Assembly (NCBI GenBank): GCA_050294405.1
Contig: JBNKOC010000023.1
Span: 16,547 to 80,546, forward strand
Source of the DNA: Fibrobacteria bacterium
GTDB lineage: Bacteria > Fibrobacterota > Fibrobacteria > UBA11236 > JADFYW01
Direction of reading: 5' to 3'
DNA: 64,000 nucleotides
A program made the position numbers and the translations under genes. The first letter of the stretch is position 1, and each line of letters starts with the position of its first letter. Positions 36,989 through 47,855 of this stretch are shown one piece after another. Under the pieces are notes generated by a model that saw only the letters and a list, made by a program, of their open reading frames with translations, was not told where the DNA came from and did not search any database.

Positions 36989-37459
36989 ATGTCTCTTGCA
37001 AAAATCAGCCAAACCACATCGGTGCAGTGCAAGCCAGAAGATTTGCGCAAATTCATGTCTCAGCAAATTCCTATTATTAGTGCAGATGCGGCCAAGCCCT
37101 CTTTGGTTTTTTTCTCACCGGATTTTCACAACCATTCCGATGGCATTGTCCATTGGTCCTTGTTTGCTGGTTTGTATAAATTGAATTGGAAGTCTTACAT
37201 CAGCAAATTCGAACCCATGAAATTAATGGTAAGTGAATGTAAGCAAAGCCCGTTTATCAGTTGGAAACATACTCAAATTACTGAAATAAAAGGTTTAAAA
37301 ATTTATTTGCAGGATGAAGTGGAGTTTGAGGCAGAAGACAAAAATCTGGGAGAGCTTTTAAGCAAAGCTATTTTCCGTTACCAGTTCGAGGCCCTTTTAG
37401 ACGACCAGTATAAAAAGGCCACCCAAAAAATCCAGACTATCCAGCAGAAGCTGGCTTAA
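36989..37459 (+). CDS. SRPBCC-like protein
   Basis: WKSYISKFEP...QSPFISWKHTQ...LQDEVEF...IFRYQ pattern. Confidence 0.6.
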   Translation: MSLAKISQTTSVQCKPEDLRKFMSQQIPIISADAAKPSLVFFSPDFHNHSDGIVHWSLFAGLYKLNWKSYISKFEPMKLMVSECKQSPFISWKHTQITEIKGLKIYLQDEVEFEAEDKNLGELLSKAIFRYQFEALLDDQYKKATQKIQTIQQKLA

Positions 37460-38328
37460 TTTTCCATTGAATCGAGCAGTTGAAACAACTGCTTTTGAGT
37501 AAATTCGTAGCGTTTGCGACAGAAATCGCAGAAAATTTCCAGTGTTTCTCCACCCAAGATTAAATTATTGAGTTCTGTTCTTCCCAGAGATTTTAAAGAA
37601 TTTTTTAATCGATGTTCGTTACAGGGACAATAGGCCTTTACTTCGAACTCCCGATGGATTTGAATTTCAAAAGGCCGGGTTAAGTGGGCCATTAATCCCG
37701 TCATGTCAAAACCCTGGTTTTCAGACCAATATTCATCTAAATCGGGAAGTGTTTTAATATTCTCTTCTAATGCCGAAAGGGTAGGATCATCTATTTTGGG
37801 AAAAGACTCCACCAAAAATCCCACACAGTATTTTAGCCTTCCATCTTCATCGGCCTTCGCCTGGATGCCCACCGCACTTTTAATTTGTTCGGAGTCCAAC
37901 TGATAGGCAGCCATGTTTTGCGCAGGTCTTTGGGAAACCATGGATGTTATACTTTCCTGCAATTTTTTTCCGTTTTCATTAAACTTTCGTACAATCATAT
38001 TTTTGGGAGATTGGCTAATATCAAAACTACCACTGGATTGCGCCTCGTTTTGAGGGAGCATAGCTCTCACCAAACCCAATGGTGTGGCATCTGCTTGCAC
38101 ATAACTAACATCCCCATCGTAATTGTACTGCACGTGGACCACGCCACCGGATTTTAAATTGCTTGCCATTAATATAGAGGATACAGCCGTTTCTGCTAAT
38201 AGTTCCAAGGCGCTGCCTTTAGCGCCGTGGGCTTTTCCAATTTCACTTAGAGTGCGGGTGGCGTCAACGAGTACAAAGCGGAATTCGGCAATTTTCCCCG
38301 TTCCCCGAATAATATTATCTTTCTGCAT
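37456..38328 (-). CDS. hslO: Hsp33 redox-regulated chaperone
   Basis: YQLDSEQIKSAV and C-terminal CPC...CDFC zinc motif. Start placed at MQKDN. Confidence 0.9.
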   Translation of the reverse strand: MQKDNIIRGTGKIAEFRFVLVDATRTLSEIGKAHGAKGSALELLAETAVSSILMASNLKSGGVVHVQYNYDGDVSYVQADATPLGLVRAMLPQNEAQSSGSFDISQSPKNMIVRKFNENGKKLQESITSMVSQRPAQNMAAYQLDSEQIKSAVGIQAKADEDGRLKYCVGFLVESFPKIDDPTLSALEENIKTLPDLDEYWSENQGFDMTGLMAHLTRPFEIQIHREFEVKAYCPCNEHRLKNSLKSLGRTELNNLILGGETLEIFCDFCRKRYEFTQKQLFQLLDSMEN

Positions 38329-38375
38329 GGGCAAAAGATAAATAAAATGCCTTAAAACATTAAAAGGAGGCAAGC

Positions 38376-38936
38376 ATGACCCAAAAACTTTTGATGTTAG
38401 CCTGCGATGGGGTAGAAGAGATGGAGGCCATTGTGCTTCTGGACTTATTGCGGCGAGCCCAAATTTCCGTAGATTTTCTCACCCCGGGAGCCAGCTTGGA
38501 ACTTTCGGGAAGAAATAAGATTGGCCTTTTAGCAGATGGCTATTTTCCCAAAGACGTCTCGGAAAATTATCAGGGTTTAATTATTCCCGGCGGAATGGGA
38601 AATGTAAACAGCCTCAAAAGTCACCAAGAGGTTTTAAACTGGATTGTGGATTTTGACCAGCAAAAAAAATGGGTCATATCCCTTTGCGCGGGGCCACTGG
38701 TTTTAAAGGAAGCCGGTATTATAAGCCAATCCAAAATCACTTCCTTTCCGGGAGTAAAGGGTGATTTAGAGGGTTGTGTTGCCCAATATCTGGAGAAAAA
38801 AGTGGTTGCGGATGGGCATATTTTAACTTCTCGCGGGGCCGGCACAGCCCGGGAGTTCGCCTTTTTTATTGTGGAAACACTACTAGGGAAGACTGCTTTG
38901 GAAAAGCTTCAAAGCGAAATTGTGTACAGCTTCTGA
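38376..38936 (+). CDS. DJ-1/ThiJ/YajL family protein
   Basis: DGVEEMEA, IIPGG, SLCAGP (catalytic Cys) and TSRGAGTA. Confidence 0.92.
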   Translation: MTQKLLMLACDGVEEMEAIVLLDLLRRAQISVDFLTPGASLELSGRNKIGLLADGYFPKDVSENYQGLIIPGGMGNVNSLKSHQEVLNWIVDFDQQKKWVISLCAGPLVLKEAGIISQSKITSFPGVKGDLEGCVAQYLEKKVVADGHILTSRGAGTAREFAFFIVETLLGKTALEKLQSEIVYSF

Positions 38937-39038
38937 TTTTGACAATTTTCCCAAAAATAGGCCAGGTGGAAAATTTTCACATTCCATTTATTTTTCTATC
39001 CTTATGCAGCGAAACAGGTTTTCACTACGAGGTTTACA

Positions 39039-40361
39039 ATGGGAATAGCCACCGAAGAAAAGGCCCTTTTAGACAGTCAGGCCATTCAGCTTAACGACAC
39101 AATTGCAAAAGAAAATCCTGCAGTGTTGGATATGTTATCCGACCGGGGCAAGGCCATATTTTTTCCCAAACTGGGAATTTTATCTCAGTCTGCCGAGGCC
39201 AAAGGGAAAGAAATTAATGCCACCATAGGTATAGCCAAAGAAGACGACGGCTCTCCTATGCATCTAAAAGTTTTATCGGAACAATTGAATTTAAAGCCAG
39301 CTCAAGCCTTTCCCTATGCGCCAAGTCCCGGAACTCCAGAAATCCGCAGTCTTTGGAAAAGCAAAATTGCGGAAAAAAATCCCAGCCTTAATGGAGCCAT
39401 CTACAGTAACCCTGTGGTCACCAACGCTTTAACACATAGTTTGGGAATCGCCGGATTTTTATTCGCCGGAGCCGAGGATAAAATCATTCTGCCCAATTAT
39501 TACTGGGAAAATTACGACTTAACCTTTAACATTGCCTACGGCAGCAGCCTGGAAACTTTTGAGACCTTTAATAGCCAGGGCGGCTTTAACATTGCCGGAT
39601 TGGAAGAAGCCCTAAGCGCAGGACCTGTGGGCAAGCGGATAGTGGTTTTAAACTTCCCCAACAATCCCACCGGATACACTCCTACTAATACAGAAATGGA
39701 AGGTATTGCCGAGGCTTTAATAGCCAGCGCCCAAAAAGGCAATAAAGTGGTAGTCATTATTGACGATGCCTATTTTGGTTTAGTGTTCGAAGAGGGTGTT
39801 TATACCGAATCTATTTTTTCAAAATTGGCAGGCGCCCATGAAAATCTTTTAGCTGTTAAAGTAGATGGCCCCACCAAAGAAGATTATGTATGGGGCTTTA
39901 GGGTTGGCTTTTTAACCTTTGGCATCAAAAACGCGAGCCCTGCTTTATATCAAGCTTTAGAAGCCAAGGCTGGAGGAGCTATCAGAGGAACCATTTCCAA
40001 CGCCAGCATTATATCCCAATCTGTGCTTACTCAAGGTTGGGCTAGTGAAGCCTATGGAGCTCAAAAAGAAGAAAAATTTGAAACTCTTAAAAACAGATAC
40101 ACAAAAATTAAATCCATACTAACATCACACCCCGAATACGCAGAAGAGTTCAGGCCCCTTCCTTTTAATTCCGGGTATTTTATGTGTATACAACTCAACA
40201 AAGGCAACGCGGAAGAAGTCCGTCAAATCCTTTTAAAGGATTTTAATACAGGCGTAATTGCTTTTGGTGATTTGATCCGCCTGGCCTTTTCTTCCACTCC
40301 CACACAGCAATTGGAACAGTTATTTCAAAATGTATATGAAGCTTCCAAAGCTTCTCATTAA
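39039..40361 (+). CDS. PLP-dependent aminotransferase class I/II
   Basis: INATIG, LNFPNNPTGY, IDDAYFG and GPTKEDYVWGFRVG. Confidence 0.9.
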   Translation: MGIATEEKALLDSQAIQLNDTIAKENPAVLDMLSDRGKAIFFPKLGILSQSAEAKGKEINATIGIAKEDDGSPMHLKVLSEQLNLKPAQAFPYAPSPGTPEIRSLWKSKIAEKNPSLNGAIYSNPVVTNALTHSLGIAGFLFAGAEDKIILPNYYWENYDLTFNIAYGSSLETFETFNSQGGFNIAGLEEALSAGPVGKRIVVLNFPNNPTGYTPTNTEMEGIAEALIASAQKGNKVVVIIDDAYFGLVFEEGVYTESIFSKLAGAHENLLAVKVDGPTKEDYVWGFRVGFLTFGIKNASPALYQALEAKAGGAIRGTISNASIISQSVLTQGWASEAYGAQKEEKFETLKNRYTKIKSILTSHPEYAEEFRPLPFNSGYFMCIQLNKGNAEEVRQILLKDFNTGVIAFGDLIRLAFSSTPTQQLEQLFQNVYEASKASH

Positions 40362-40377
40362 TATTACCGGTTATCGT

Positions 40378-40416
40378 AAAAACGGGTTTGGAAATATCCA
40401 AACCCGTTTTCTTTTT
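40378..40416 (+). terminator. Rho-independent terminator
   Basis: AAAACGGGTTTGGA-AATA-TCCAAACCCGTTTT followed by CTTTTT. Confidence 0.85.
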
Positions 40417-40719
40417 ATCCTGCTTTGGGAAACTTGAGCCAATTATGCCAAAAAACCTTAAAAAAATAGCGGAAAAGCACATTTGCATTTAAACCAAACT
40501 ATTTCTAAAGTTTAACTTGTCGTGTTCTTACTCGTGTTCGGTAATAATAATTGGCAAGTTAAATAAATAATCACATTGGGTTTTTAAATTTGAAGCAATA
40601 AAGCTCAAATCGGACACACTAACCCAGAGCCAATTCCTCTGAAAAGATAACCTTCGGGTAAAAAGCTCAATAAAAATTAAGGAAAATCAAAACCACTCAG
40701 TTTGTGGTTTAAAATAATT

Positions 40720-42201
40720 ATGGAAAACAATTCAAATGGGAACATTAACTTTACTTCCCTCGCTTTAGCACCGCAAATATTAAAGGCCGTTTCTCAAAAG
40801 GGCTACTCCAACCCCACCCCTATTCAGGCACAAGCCATTCCTCCCATTCTCGAAGGACGAGATGTAATGGCTGCAGCCCAGACAGGCACTGGAAAAACCG
40901 CAGGTTTTACCCTGCCCATATTACATCGCTTATCCCAGGGGCCCAAGGCATCAAACAAGCAAGTTAGGGCATTGATATTAACACCCACCAGGGAATTAGC
41001 TGCGCAAATTGAACAAAGTGTAAAAGATTACGGAAAGGGCCTTCCCCTCTCTTCTGCTGTTGTATTTGGGGGTGTTAACATCGGCCCTCAAATACAAAAA
41101 TTAAGGCTGGGTGCGGATATTCTTATTGCTACTCCCGGCAGACTGCTCGATCTTTTTGAAAGGGGAGCCATAAATTTTAATAAACTGGAAGTATTGGTAT
41201 TGGATGAAGCCGACCGAATGCTGGACATGGGGTTTATCCACGACATAAAAAGGGTGATTAAACTTTTGCCCGCAAAACGCCAGAACCTGCTTTTTTCAGC
41301 TACCTTTTCAGAGGCCATCCGTACATTGGCAAAAGGTTTTGTAAATAACCCTGTGGAAGTGGTTACTACTGTCCGCAACTCAACAGTGGAAACAATCAAA
41401 CAGGTTATACATCCTGTTAGTAAAAATCTAAAATCCAAATTGCTGATAAAACTAATTCAGGAAAAAAACTGGAAACAGGTTTTGGTTTTCAGCCGCACCA
41501 AACACGGGGCAAACAAATTGGTAAAAGTTTTGGAAAAAGAAAACATTAACTCCGCGGCAATCCACGGCAATAAAAGCCAAACCGCCCGCACAAAAGCCCT
41601 GTTGGATTTTAAAAAAGGCACAACCCGTATTTTAGTAGCCACAGATATCGCTGCTCGAGGATTGGATATCCATCAACTGCCTCAGGTAGTTAATTTCGAT
41701 TTGCCAAGTGTGCCAGAAGATTATGTACATCGCATAGGCCGTACCGGACGGGCAGGCGGAGTGGGGTTTGCCGCTTCTTTGGTATCTCCAGATGAGTCTA
41801 AACAACTGTCCGATATAGAAAATTTGATTCGGAAAAAAATCAGCGCTGAAATAATCCCAGGTTTTGAACCATCCAAAAATTCTGATAAAGAGGAAGTTCT
41901 TTCCAAACATTCCCAAACTAGCAGAAATAGTCTTCGGAATAAGCCAAGCCGGTCCGGCAGACCATTTCAAAGATTTTCAACTGAAGAAAAAAACAGAGAA
42001 CCTGAAGCCTCCAGGCCCACTCGCAGGAACCGAAAATTAAGAAGCGTTCTGACGTTTTCTAATAAAGATTCTGGAAATGAAATTAAAGAACCAGCCTCAA
42101 ATGAGCCTTTTGGCCGTACTCGCTCAAAATTCAGGAAACATAAAGGCTTTAAGTCTAAAAACAAAGGCTTGAATAAAAATCCAAGCCTTGCAACTGCTTA
42201 A
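40720..42201 (+). CDS. rhlE: DEAD-box RNA helicase (RhlE-like)
   Basis: [34 protein letters not shown] and [10 protein letters not shown], with a basic C-terminal tail. Confidence 0.9.
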   Translation: MENNSNGNINFTSLALAPQILKAVSQKGYSNPTPIQAQAIPPILEGRDVMAAAQTGTGKTAGFTLPILHRLSQGPKASNKQVRALILTPTRELAAQIEQSVKDYGKGLPLSSAVVFGGVNIGPQIQKLRLGADILIATPGRLLDLFERGAINFNKLEVLVLDEADRMLDMGFIHDIKRVIKLLPAKRQNLLFSATFSEAIRTLAKGFVNNPVEVVTTVRNSTVETIKQVIHPVSKNLKSKLLIKLIQEKNWKQVLVFSRTKHGANKLVKVLEKENINSAAIHGNKSQTARTKALLDFKKGTTRILVATDIAARGLDIHQLPQVVNFDLPSVPEDYVHRIGRTGRAGGVGFAASLVSPDESKQLSDIENLIRKKISAEIIPGFEPSKNSDKEEVLSKHSQTSRNSLRNKPSRSGRPFQRFSTEEKNREPEASRPTRRNRKLRSVLTFSNKDSGNEIKEPASNEPFGRTRSKFRKHKGFKSKNKGLNKNPSLATA

Positions 42202-42245
42202 AAATAAAAGACAGCTTAAAAAAATTGATGATCAAAGCTGTTGGA

Positions 42246-42620
42246 TTATTTAAAATCCAGCAGCTCCACTTCAAAAATTAAAGTGGCATTGGGAGGAATG
42301 GGGCCAATACCTTCTGAGCCATAACCCAGGTCTGGCGGCAAAATGATAATTCTTTTTTCCCCTTTGGGCATATCTAAAAAGGCCTCATCCCAACCAGGAA
42401 TCACTTCGCCAAGTCCCACTTGAAATTCAAAGGGGTCGTTTCTATCCACGGAGCTGTCAAATTTTTCTCCATCGGGAAGTTTGCCAGTGTAATGGGCTTT
42501 TACCAATTGTCCTCTTTTTGGTTTTGCTCCCTGCCCTTCTTCGATTACGGTGTAGCGCAAGCCGCTGGAAGTGGTTGAAAATTCAAAAGCTGCTTCCAGC
42601 TCCGCTAAATATTTTGCCAT
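42246..42620 (-). CDS. FKBP-type peptidyl-prolyl isomerase
   Basis: HYTGKLPDGEKFDSS, VIPGWDE and GYG...IPPNATLIFEVEL. Confidence 0.95.
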   Translation of the reverse strand: MAKYLAELEAAFEFSTTSSGLRYTVIEEGQGAKPKRGQLVKAHYTGKLPDGEKFDSSVDRNDPFEFQVGLGEVIPGWDEAFLDMPKGEKRIIILPPDLGYGSEGIGPIPPNATLIFEVELLDFK

Positions 42621-42632
42621 GTTAATATGCTC

Positions 42633-43259
42633 CTAAGTGAAAAAGAAAAAAACCAAAGCTGCCTGGACGGCCCCAATTAAAAAGCCAATGACCCCGCCTA
42701 ATTGTTCAATGTTGCGAAATTCTCTTTTGGCGATTTCTTCGATAATGGATTCCAATTGTTCCAAATCAAAGGCCAGAATATTTTTTTCAATGGTAGCCTG
42801 CAAATCCAAGTTACCTGCAAGACCATCTGCTAATTTGGCAGCAAACTCCCCAGCGTTTTGGCTAAAGCTATCCGCAATTTTATCTCTAATTTCAGCTAAC
42901 TTATCGGCAGGTAAAAACATCTGAATCATGGGAATAATGGAAAGAATATCCCCAATCTTTTCATCCCATTTTTCTACGATGTATTTTTTCATGGCAGCCT
43001 GGGAATCGACTTTTTTAACAAAGTCGATAATATTTTCTTCCGTTAGAAAATCCTTAGCAATAGCTTTTGAAATTCTCTTAGCTAATTCCTGATGGCGACG
43101 GGGTAATAACCCCTGAATTTTTAGGCCTAACACATTCACTGGGTGGATGGGACGAAGCAGCATTTTTACTGCCACAAAATTGGTAAACCATCCAATGGCC
43201 CCGGAAATAAAAGGCATTAAAATCAGGACAATAAATTGGGGATTAAAATTGAATTCCAT
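42633..43259 (-). CDS. DUF445/YheB-family membrane protein
   Basis: GAIGWFTNFVAVKMLLRP, QGLLPRR and IEQLGGVIGFLIG. Confidence 0.85.
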   Translation of the reverse strand: MEFNFNPQFIVLILMPFISGAIGWFTNFVAVKMLLRPIHPVNVLGLKIQGLLPRRHQELAKRISKAIAKDFLTEENIIDFVKKVDSQAAMKKYIVEKWDEKIGDILSIIPMIQMFLPADKLAEIRDKIADSFSQNAGEFAAKLADGLAGNLDLQATIEKNILAFDLEQLESIIEEIAKREFRNIEQLGGVIGFLIGAVQAALVFFFFT

Positions 43260-43365
43260 AATATTTTTCCAATAACTGGCTGTAATTTAATAAAATTGCC
43301 AATTATTGGGGGATTGCTAGTTTAATGAGCTGGACAAAAGGCCTTTTAGTTACCATAATTTAAAG

Positions 43366-43644
43366 ATGTGGCGATATTCAGACGTAGAAAAAGCCCTAAA
43401 ACGGCAACTGGGAAGGGAAGACTCCCCTTTGTTAAACCGGGTTCAGGAAAATAACCGCCTTATTCTCCACAACTTTGAAGTGGAGGTGGAGCGTCATTTG
43501 TGTTGTGGCCTTTTGGGCTGCGAACAAAGCTTTTCCATCCAACTTATCCCAAATCAGATACTTTACCCCAAATTTTGCGAAGAGCACCGTACGGAGCACA
43601 GACGCCGACAGTTTTTGCTTTCTAAGCCTGTAAAAATTTCCTAA
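43366..43644 (+). CDS. Hypothetical protein with a possible Zn-binding motif
   Basis: CCGLLGC...FCEEH Cys/His cluster. Confidence 0.55.
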   Translation: MWRYSDVEKALKRQLGREDSPLLNRVQENNRLILHNFEVEVERHLCCGLLGCEQSFSIQLIPNQILYPKFCEEHRTEHRRRQFLLSKPVKIS

Positions 43645-43656
43645 GATTATGGCTAT

Positions 43657-44277
43657 ATGCTAAATAAACTGCTGCTTGGCTCAGTGGTGATACTGCTAAA
43701 ACTTTGGATGAAAAGTTGGCGTATCCGAATGGTTCGGGGCAAAGAGCCACTAAATAAAGTCCTTATTACACTTTGGCACGAACATTTACCCATATGTATG
43801 CGGGCATTTAAAAACCAGGGCTATTGTGTTTTAATTTCCCAAAGCAAGGACGGGGATATTGCTGCAAAAATTTGCCAGGACTGGGGATATCAGGTGTTTC
43901 GGGGAAGCAGCTCCAAGGGAGCTGTGGGAGGTTTAAAATCCCTGTTGGATTTTTACAAGCAAAACCCACAATCCCCAGGAATAGGTATGGCTTTAGATGG
44001 GCCCAGAGGCCCCTACCACCATATTAATTCCAGCACCAACTGGCTTTGCCAGCAACTGGAACTCACCGCTTTGTTCCCAAAAATTAAGGTAAAGTATTTT
44101 TTCCGACTTAAAAACTGGGACAGAACTTTAATTCCCCTGCCCTTTTCTACCATATACATTGAGCTCACTCAATTTATTTCTGTAAAGCAGGAGGTTTCAA
44201 CGGCCCGACTGGATATGGATGGGGACTATGTATTCGGTTTGTCTTCCAGCAAAGTGGGAGCGGCCTCGAAATCGTAA
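43657..44277 (+). CDS. DUF374 / lysophospholipid acyltransferase-like protein
   Basis: TLWHEHL, LISQSKDGDI, RGSSSKG, ALDGPRGP and WDRTLIPLPFS. Confidence 0.85.
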   Translation: MLNKLLLGSVVILLKLWMKSWRIRMVRGKEPLNKVLITLWHEHLPICMRAFKNQGYCVLISQSKDGDIAAKICQDWGYQVFRGSSSKGAVGGLKSLLDFYKQNPQSPGIGMALDGPRGPYHHINSSTNWLCQQLELTALFPKIKVKYFFRLKNWDRTLIPLPFSTIYIELTQFISVKQEVSTARLDMDGDYVFGLSSSKVGAASKS

Positions 44278-47200
44278 AAACGGCTTTGGGTAAAGGGGTT
44301 CACCACCTCTCGCAATTCGCAGCCTATTTTTACATCTATATCGTATTTGTTCTCCACCCTTATTCTCCAATAGGCATCAAAGCCCGTTCCACGGGGTTTA
44401 AACCTTCTTGATTTTTCTAAAACCCTGAAAATACCCCATGGGCCTGGGGCCTCTATGGTTTGGGATTTTCCATTGGGCAGGGTAACCTTAATAGAAGCTC
44501 CTTTATGGGCGTTGTCATTTGGCCATTCCACCGTTTGATTTAGCTTGGGAGTTACATTATTGGTCACCAATTCCATTTCCTGAAATTTAAACTCCACCTT
44601 GGAAGCGTTTTGGGCATGGTATAAGGTTAAACTCAAGGGAAAGGTTTTAACCTCCCGGGATAAGGCCTGAAAAACCCTGTCTGAAAGGGCAATGCCCTGG
44701 TTTAAGGTTTGCAAGGCTTCCACGGAAAAACTCATTTTTATTCCGTTCCATTGTTTGGCCACATACAAACCGTTTATTTCCGTTAAAAAAGGTTTTAAAT
44801 AAGTTTTGATAAAAACATGGAAGCGCCCGCTTTCCTTATTGAAGTAATTGTTAATATCTTCGATGTTAGCTTCGTTTGATTTATCCTTTTCAAAGGGATA
44901 TCGGCCTTTTATTCTTTCTACATAAGGTTGGTAAACTTCTTTATTGTAAAACTCTTCAAGATTGCCCTGAGCCAACGAAACCAAATAAGAAAGAACTTCT
45001 CGAATAGAGGATTGCAGCAAAGGCCCTAGCCAGGACTTAACGTCATCGGGAGTTTGCTCCATTATGTTAACAGACTGGGACCAACAGTGCACCAAAGGAT
45101 TTGCCGGAGCATTGGAATATACATCCTGTAAATATTTTAAAATGGGAATTCCTGGTTTATCATGCAGAGAAAATTGATTTAAATCCGCACCCAGCGTTTT
45201 AATGCCATCAATGTAATGCCTGAGAATCCCTGGGTTTCCTTCATCTCCATTTAGGAGGGCTATTATGTTAAAACTTTCCAACAGTTCTTTTCTGGGGTCA
45301 TCCCTGTTGTCAAAATTTTCCTTGGCCATTTTCCCTAACAGGGAATGCTTTGTTTTGCGTTTAATTTCATTATCCACATGTTTGTTTTTTGGAGGAATAA
45401 GATTTACTTCCTCTAAAGTGCGGCTAAAAACCCGTTTAAGCCCTTGGGTCTCCGAACCAAAACCAACAATGCGTCCGGACATCATGGTTAAATTTGTGGG
45501 AACTTCGGTTTTCAGACTCGCCAAAAACTTTAACCATTCTTTTCTATACTCTTCAAAGTATCTGGTTTTTAAAGCTCGGGCCAATTTTCTTTTATCTGCC
45601 ATTTCAGGTGGAAGCTCGGAAATCCGTCCTCCCATGACCCAATCTTTTTTGTGGGGCTTTTCTGCCGCTTCGTCAATGTAAGCTAACACCCCTTGTTCAA
45701 AGGCCGCTTTGGTATAAAATCCCCTTACCTTACTGGAGCTGGTTATCAGTCCATCAGCGCTAAGGCCCATGCTTTCAAGGGTAAGGTCCTCATAATCTTT
45801 TGCCTGAGAAACAATAGAGTTGTACAAACCATCTATGGATGGAGTTCCCTGTAAGGCCTCGCGGGCCGATTCCACAGATTTTTTATCGGACTGGTATTTT
45901 TTGTTTCCATCTGTGGGCAGCTTTCCCGCTAAAAGATCTTTAGAATATCTCTCTGCCTGTTCCTCCAATTGTCTTTCAAAATTTGGAGGCAAATACATAA
46001 GGCCCACTTTTTCAGAAAGATTTTTATTCCAATTTGAGAACAGACCCTGAGAAAGCTGGTAAGTATCTATTTCTTTACGGTGAGGAATGCCCATGTCTGT
46101 CACACTTAAATAAAGAGCTAAATCAGAATACAAGCGGTCTCTGTCCTCCGCAGAATAATAAGAGCTGTAATACAAGTCTCCTCTAAGTTGTTCCAGCATG
46201 GCCCCAACTACTAGGTTGTGGAGGTGGAAGTAATATACCTTGCGTAATTTTTCCAAGGCCAGTGAACTAAAGTCATAACCCGGCCCTAAAGACCAGGGCG
46301 AGCCGTGTTCTTCATGGTTTTCATATAAATTGATTTGCGCAGCCACTTGCTCAAACAGTTCAAACTCTTGCTTAAAGTTATCGGGGTTTTGCCAGCGTAT
46401 GCGTTTGGATTTGGAAATAGCCTCCACGGTTTTTTTAGAAAGGGAAGAAGAGTGTAGGTAACTAAGCCCCCCGTAAGCTAAAAACATACATCCCAATACA
46501 ATCATGGCTGTCACGCTGGCCAAAACATTGCGGGACATTTTTGTTTTTCGGTAAGCAGGAAAGCTGCTGAGATTTGAGTCGGACTTTAGCAATCCATTAA
46601 ATAACAAACCGGAAAAATAAGCGCTGTACCTACCCTCCGAAGCCTGCTGTTTAAACACGGGCTTGTCTAAATTCTGATGGGGGTTTAAGGGATGGGACAT
46701 GATAGTGTCCGAAAACCCGCTGTCAAACCCTTGTGGCTCCGCTATTGCTGAAGGCGCGTTAGCTTGGGTGATGGAAGTAAAGAAAAAACCTCTGAACAAC
46801 GGGCGTTCAGCCTGTAGGGTTTTGCGAAAAACATCATCCACAAAACGTCCCAGTTTTTCCCGCATGGCTCCAAATTCATTGGGGAACAAAAACACCCTTT
46901 GTTTTTCCACAGGGCTGTGGACTTCTGCCAATCGGCTTAAGGTTTTAGACTGAATGCTCTGATACAGCCTGTCAAACTCCCTTTCAAAGGCGGGGCGCGG
47001 GGCCAGGGGATTTTGGTAAATTGGAAGTGCGGCGCCTAAAATTTGTTCTTGTTCTACACCTTTTAAATTGGAACAAAAATCACCAAAACCAGGTAAAGCG
47101 TCTAAATGGGTAAAATTAAGGTAAACAGGAATATCAAGAGCACTGGACTTCAAGGCTATGGTTAGACGCTCCCTGAGTTCTACACTTAAATGTTCAATAC

Positions 47201-47849
47201 TGTCATTACTGCCGGCCAACTCCTGGATGTTAACGGCAATTAAAATTTGATCTAAACATTTTTCTTTGCCTTCCCGGCGCAATATGCTTAAGTATGTTTC
47301 CAGTTCTCCTTCTCCGGGAGCCGACATGGAATTATATAAACTATAGGGCGCTTCAATATATACGGAATGGCCACTAATATACCAAGTGCAAAAATTGTGG
47401 GAGCGTTGGCTAGCTTCTCCGGGTGCAGGAAAAACTCTGGAGATGGCCTGGCCGGAATGGGACATAAGAGTTGATTTTCCAGACCTATCAGAACCTATTA
47501 CCAAGGCAAATTTGAATTTTTTTAGAGCGGACTTGGAGTGCCTACCAGAGAGTATAGACAGGGCATCCATTATTTCCTGGCGCATGGGAATTGCCCAGTT
47601 ATTTACCAGTTGAGAATCTCCCTCAAAACCCATATTTTGATTAGCTTGACTGTCTTTTGCCCCTAAGGCCATTTTTCTGTAACTGATTATTAAGATGACA
47701 GCCATGCCTAAAATAAAAAGGAGTAAGGCGGAAAGGATTCGTATGGCAATTTCCGCAACACCTAAAACCGGAAATAGAAAAAACAATCCCAGGGAAAAGG
47801 CGATAACAATGAGGCTGCCCCAAAACAAAATGGATTTAAAAAACTTCAT
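44226..47849 (-). CDS. tssM: Type VI secretion membrane complex protein TssM/IcmF
   Basis: Two N-terminal TMs, P-loop GSDRSGKST, IPVYLNFTHLDALPGFGDF, FLFPNEF, LFRGFFFTSITQ, a third TM, then periplasmic GFYTK, GRYPF and GPWGIFRVL. Confidence 0.9.
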   Translation of the reverse strand: MKFFKSILFWGSLIVIAFSLGLFFLFPVLGVAEIAIRILSALLLFILGMAVILIISYRKMALGAKDSQANQNMGFEGDSQLVNNWAIPMRQEIMDALSILSGRHSKSALKKFKFALVIGSDRSGKSTLMSHSGQAISRVFPAPGEASQRSHNFCTWYISGHSVYIEAPYSLYNSMSAPGEGELETYLSILRREGKEKCLDQILIAVNIQELAGSNDSIEHLSVELRERLTIALKSSALDIPVYLNFTHLDALPGFGDFCSNLKGVEQEQILGAALPIYQNPLAPRPAFEREFDRLYQSIQSKTLSRLAEVHSPVEKQRVFLFPNEFGAMREKLGRFVDDVFRKTLQAERPLFRGFFFTSITQANAPSAIAEPQGFDSGFSDTIMSHPLNPHQNLDKPVFKQQASEGRYSAYFSGLLFNGLLKSDSNLSSFPAYRKTKMSRNVLASVTAMIVLGCMFLAYGGLSYLHSSSLSKKTVEAISKSKRIRWQNPDNFKQEFELFEQVAAQINLYENHEEHGSPWSLGPGYDFSSLALEKLRKVYYFHLHNLVVGAMLEQLRGDLYYSSYYSAEDRDRLYSDLALYLSVTDMGIPHRKEIDTYQLSQGLFSNWNKNLSEKVGLMYLPPNFERQLEEQAERYSKDLLAGKLPTDGNKKYQSDKKSVESAREALQGTPSIDGLYNSIVSQAKDYEDLTLESMGLSADGLITSSSKVRGFYTKAAFEQGVLAYIDEAAEKPHKKDWVMGGRISELPPEMADKRKLARALKTRYFEEYRKEWLKFLASLKTEVPTNLTMMSGRIVGFGSETQGLKRVFSRTLEEVNLIPPKNKHVDNEIKRKTKHSLLGKMAKENFDNRDDPRKELLESFNIIALLNGDEGNPGILRHYIDGIKTLGADLNQFSLHDKPGIPILKYLQDVYSNAPANPLVHCWSQSVNIMEQTPDDVKSWLGPLLQSSIREVLSYLVSLAQGNLEEFYNKEVYQPYVERIKGRYPFEKDKSNEANIEDINNYFNKESGRFHVFIKTYLKPFLTEINGLYVAKQWNGIKMSFSVEALQTLNQGIALSDRVFQALSREVKTFPLSLTLYHAQNASKVEFKFQEMELVTNNVTPKLNQTVEWPNDNAHKGASIKVTLPNGKSQTIEAPGPWGIFRVLEKSRRFKPRGTGFDAYWRIRVENKYDIDVKIGCELREVVNPFTQSRFYDFEAAPTLLEDKPNT

Positions 47850-47855
47850 AGCAGC

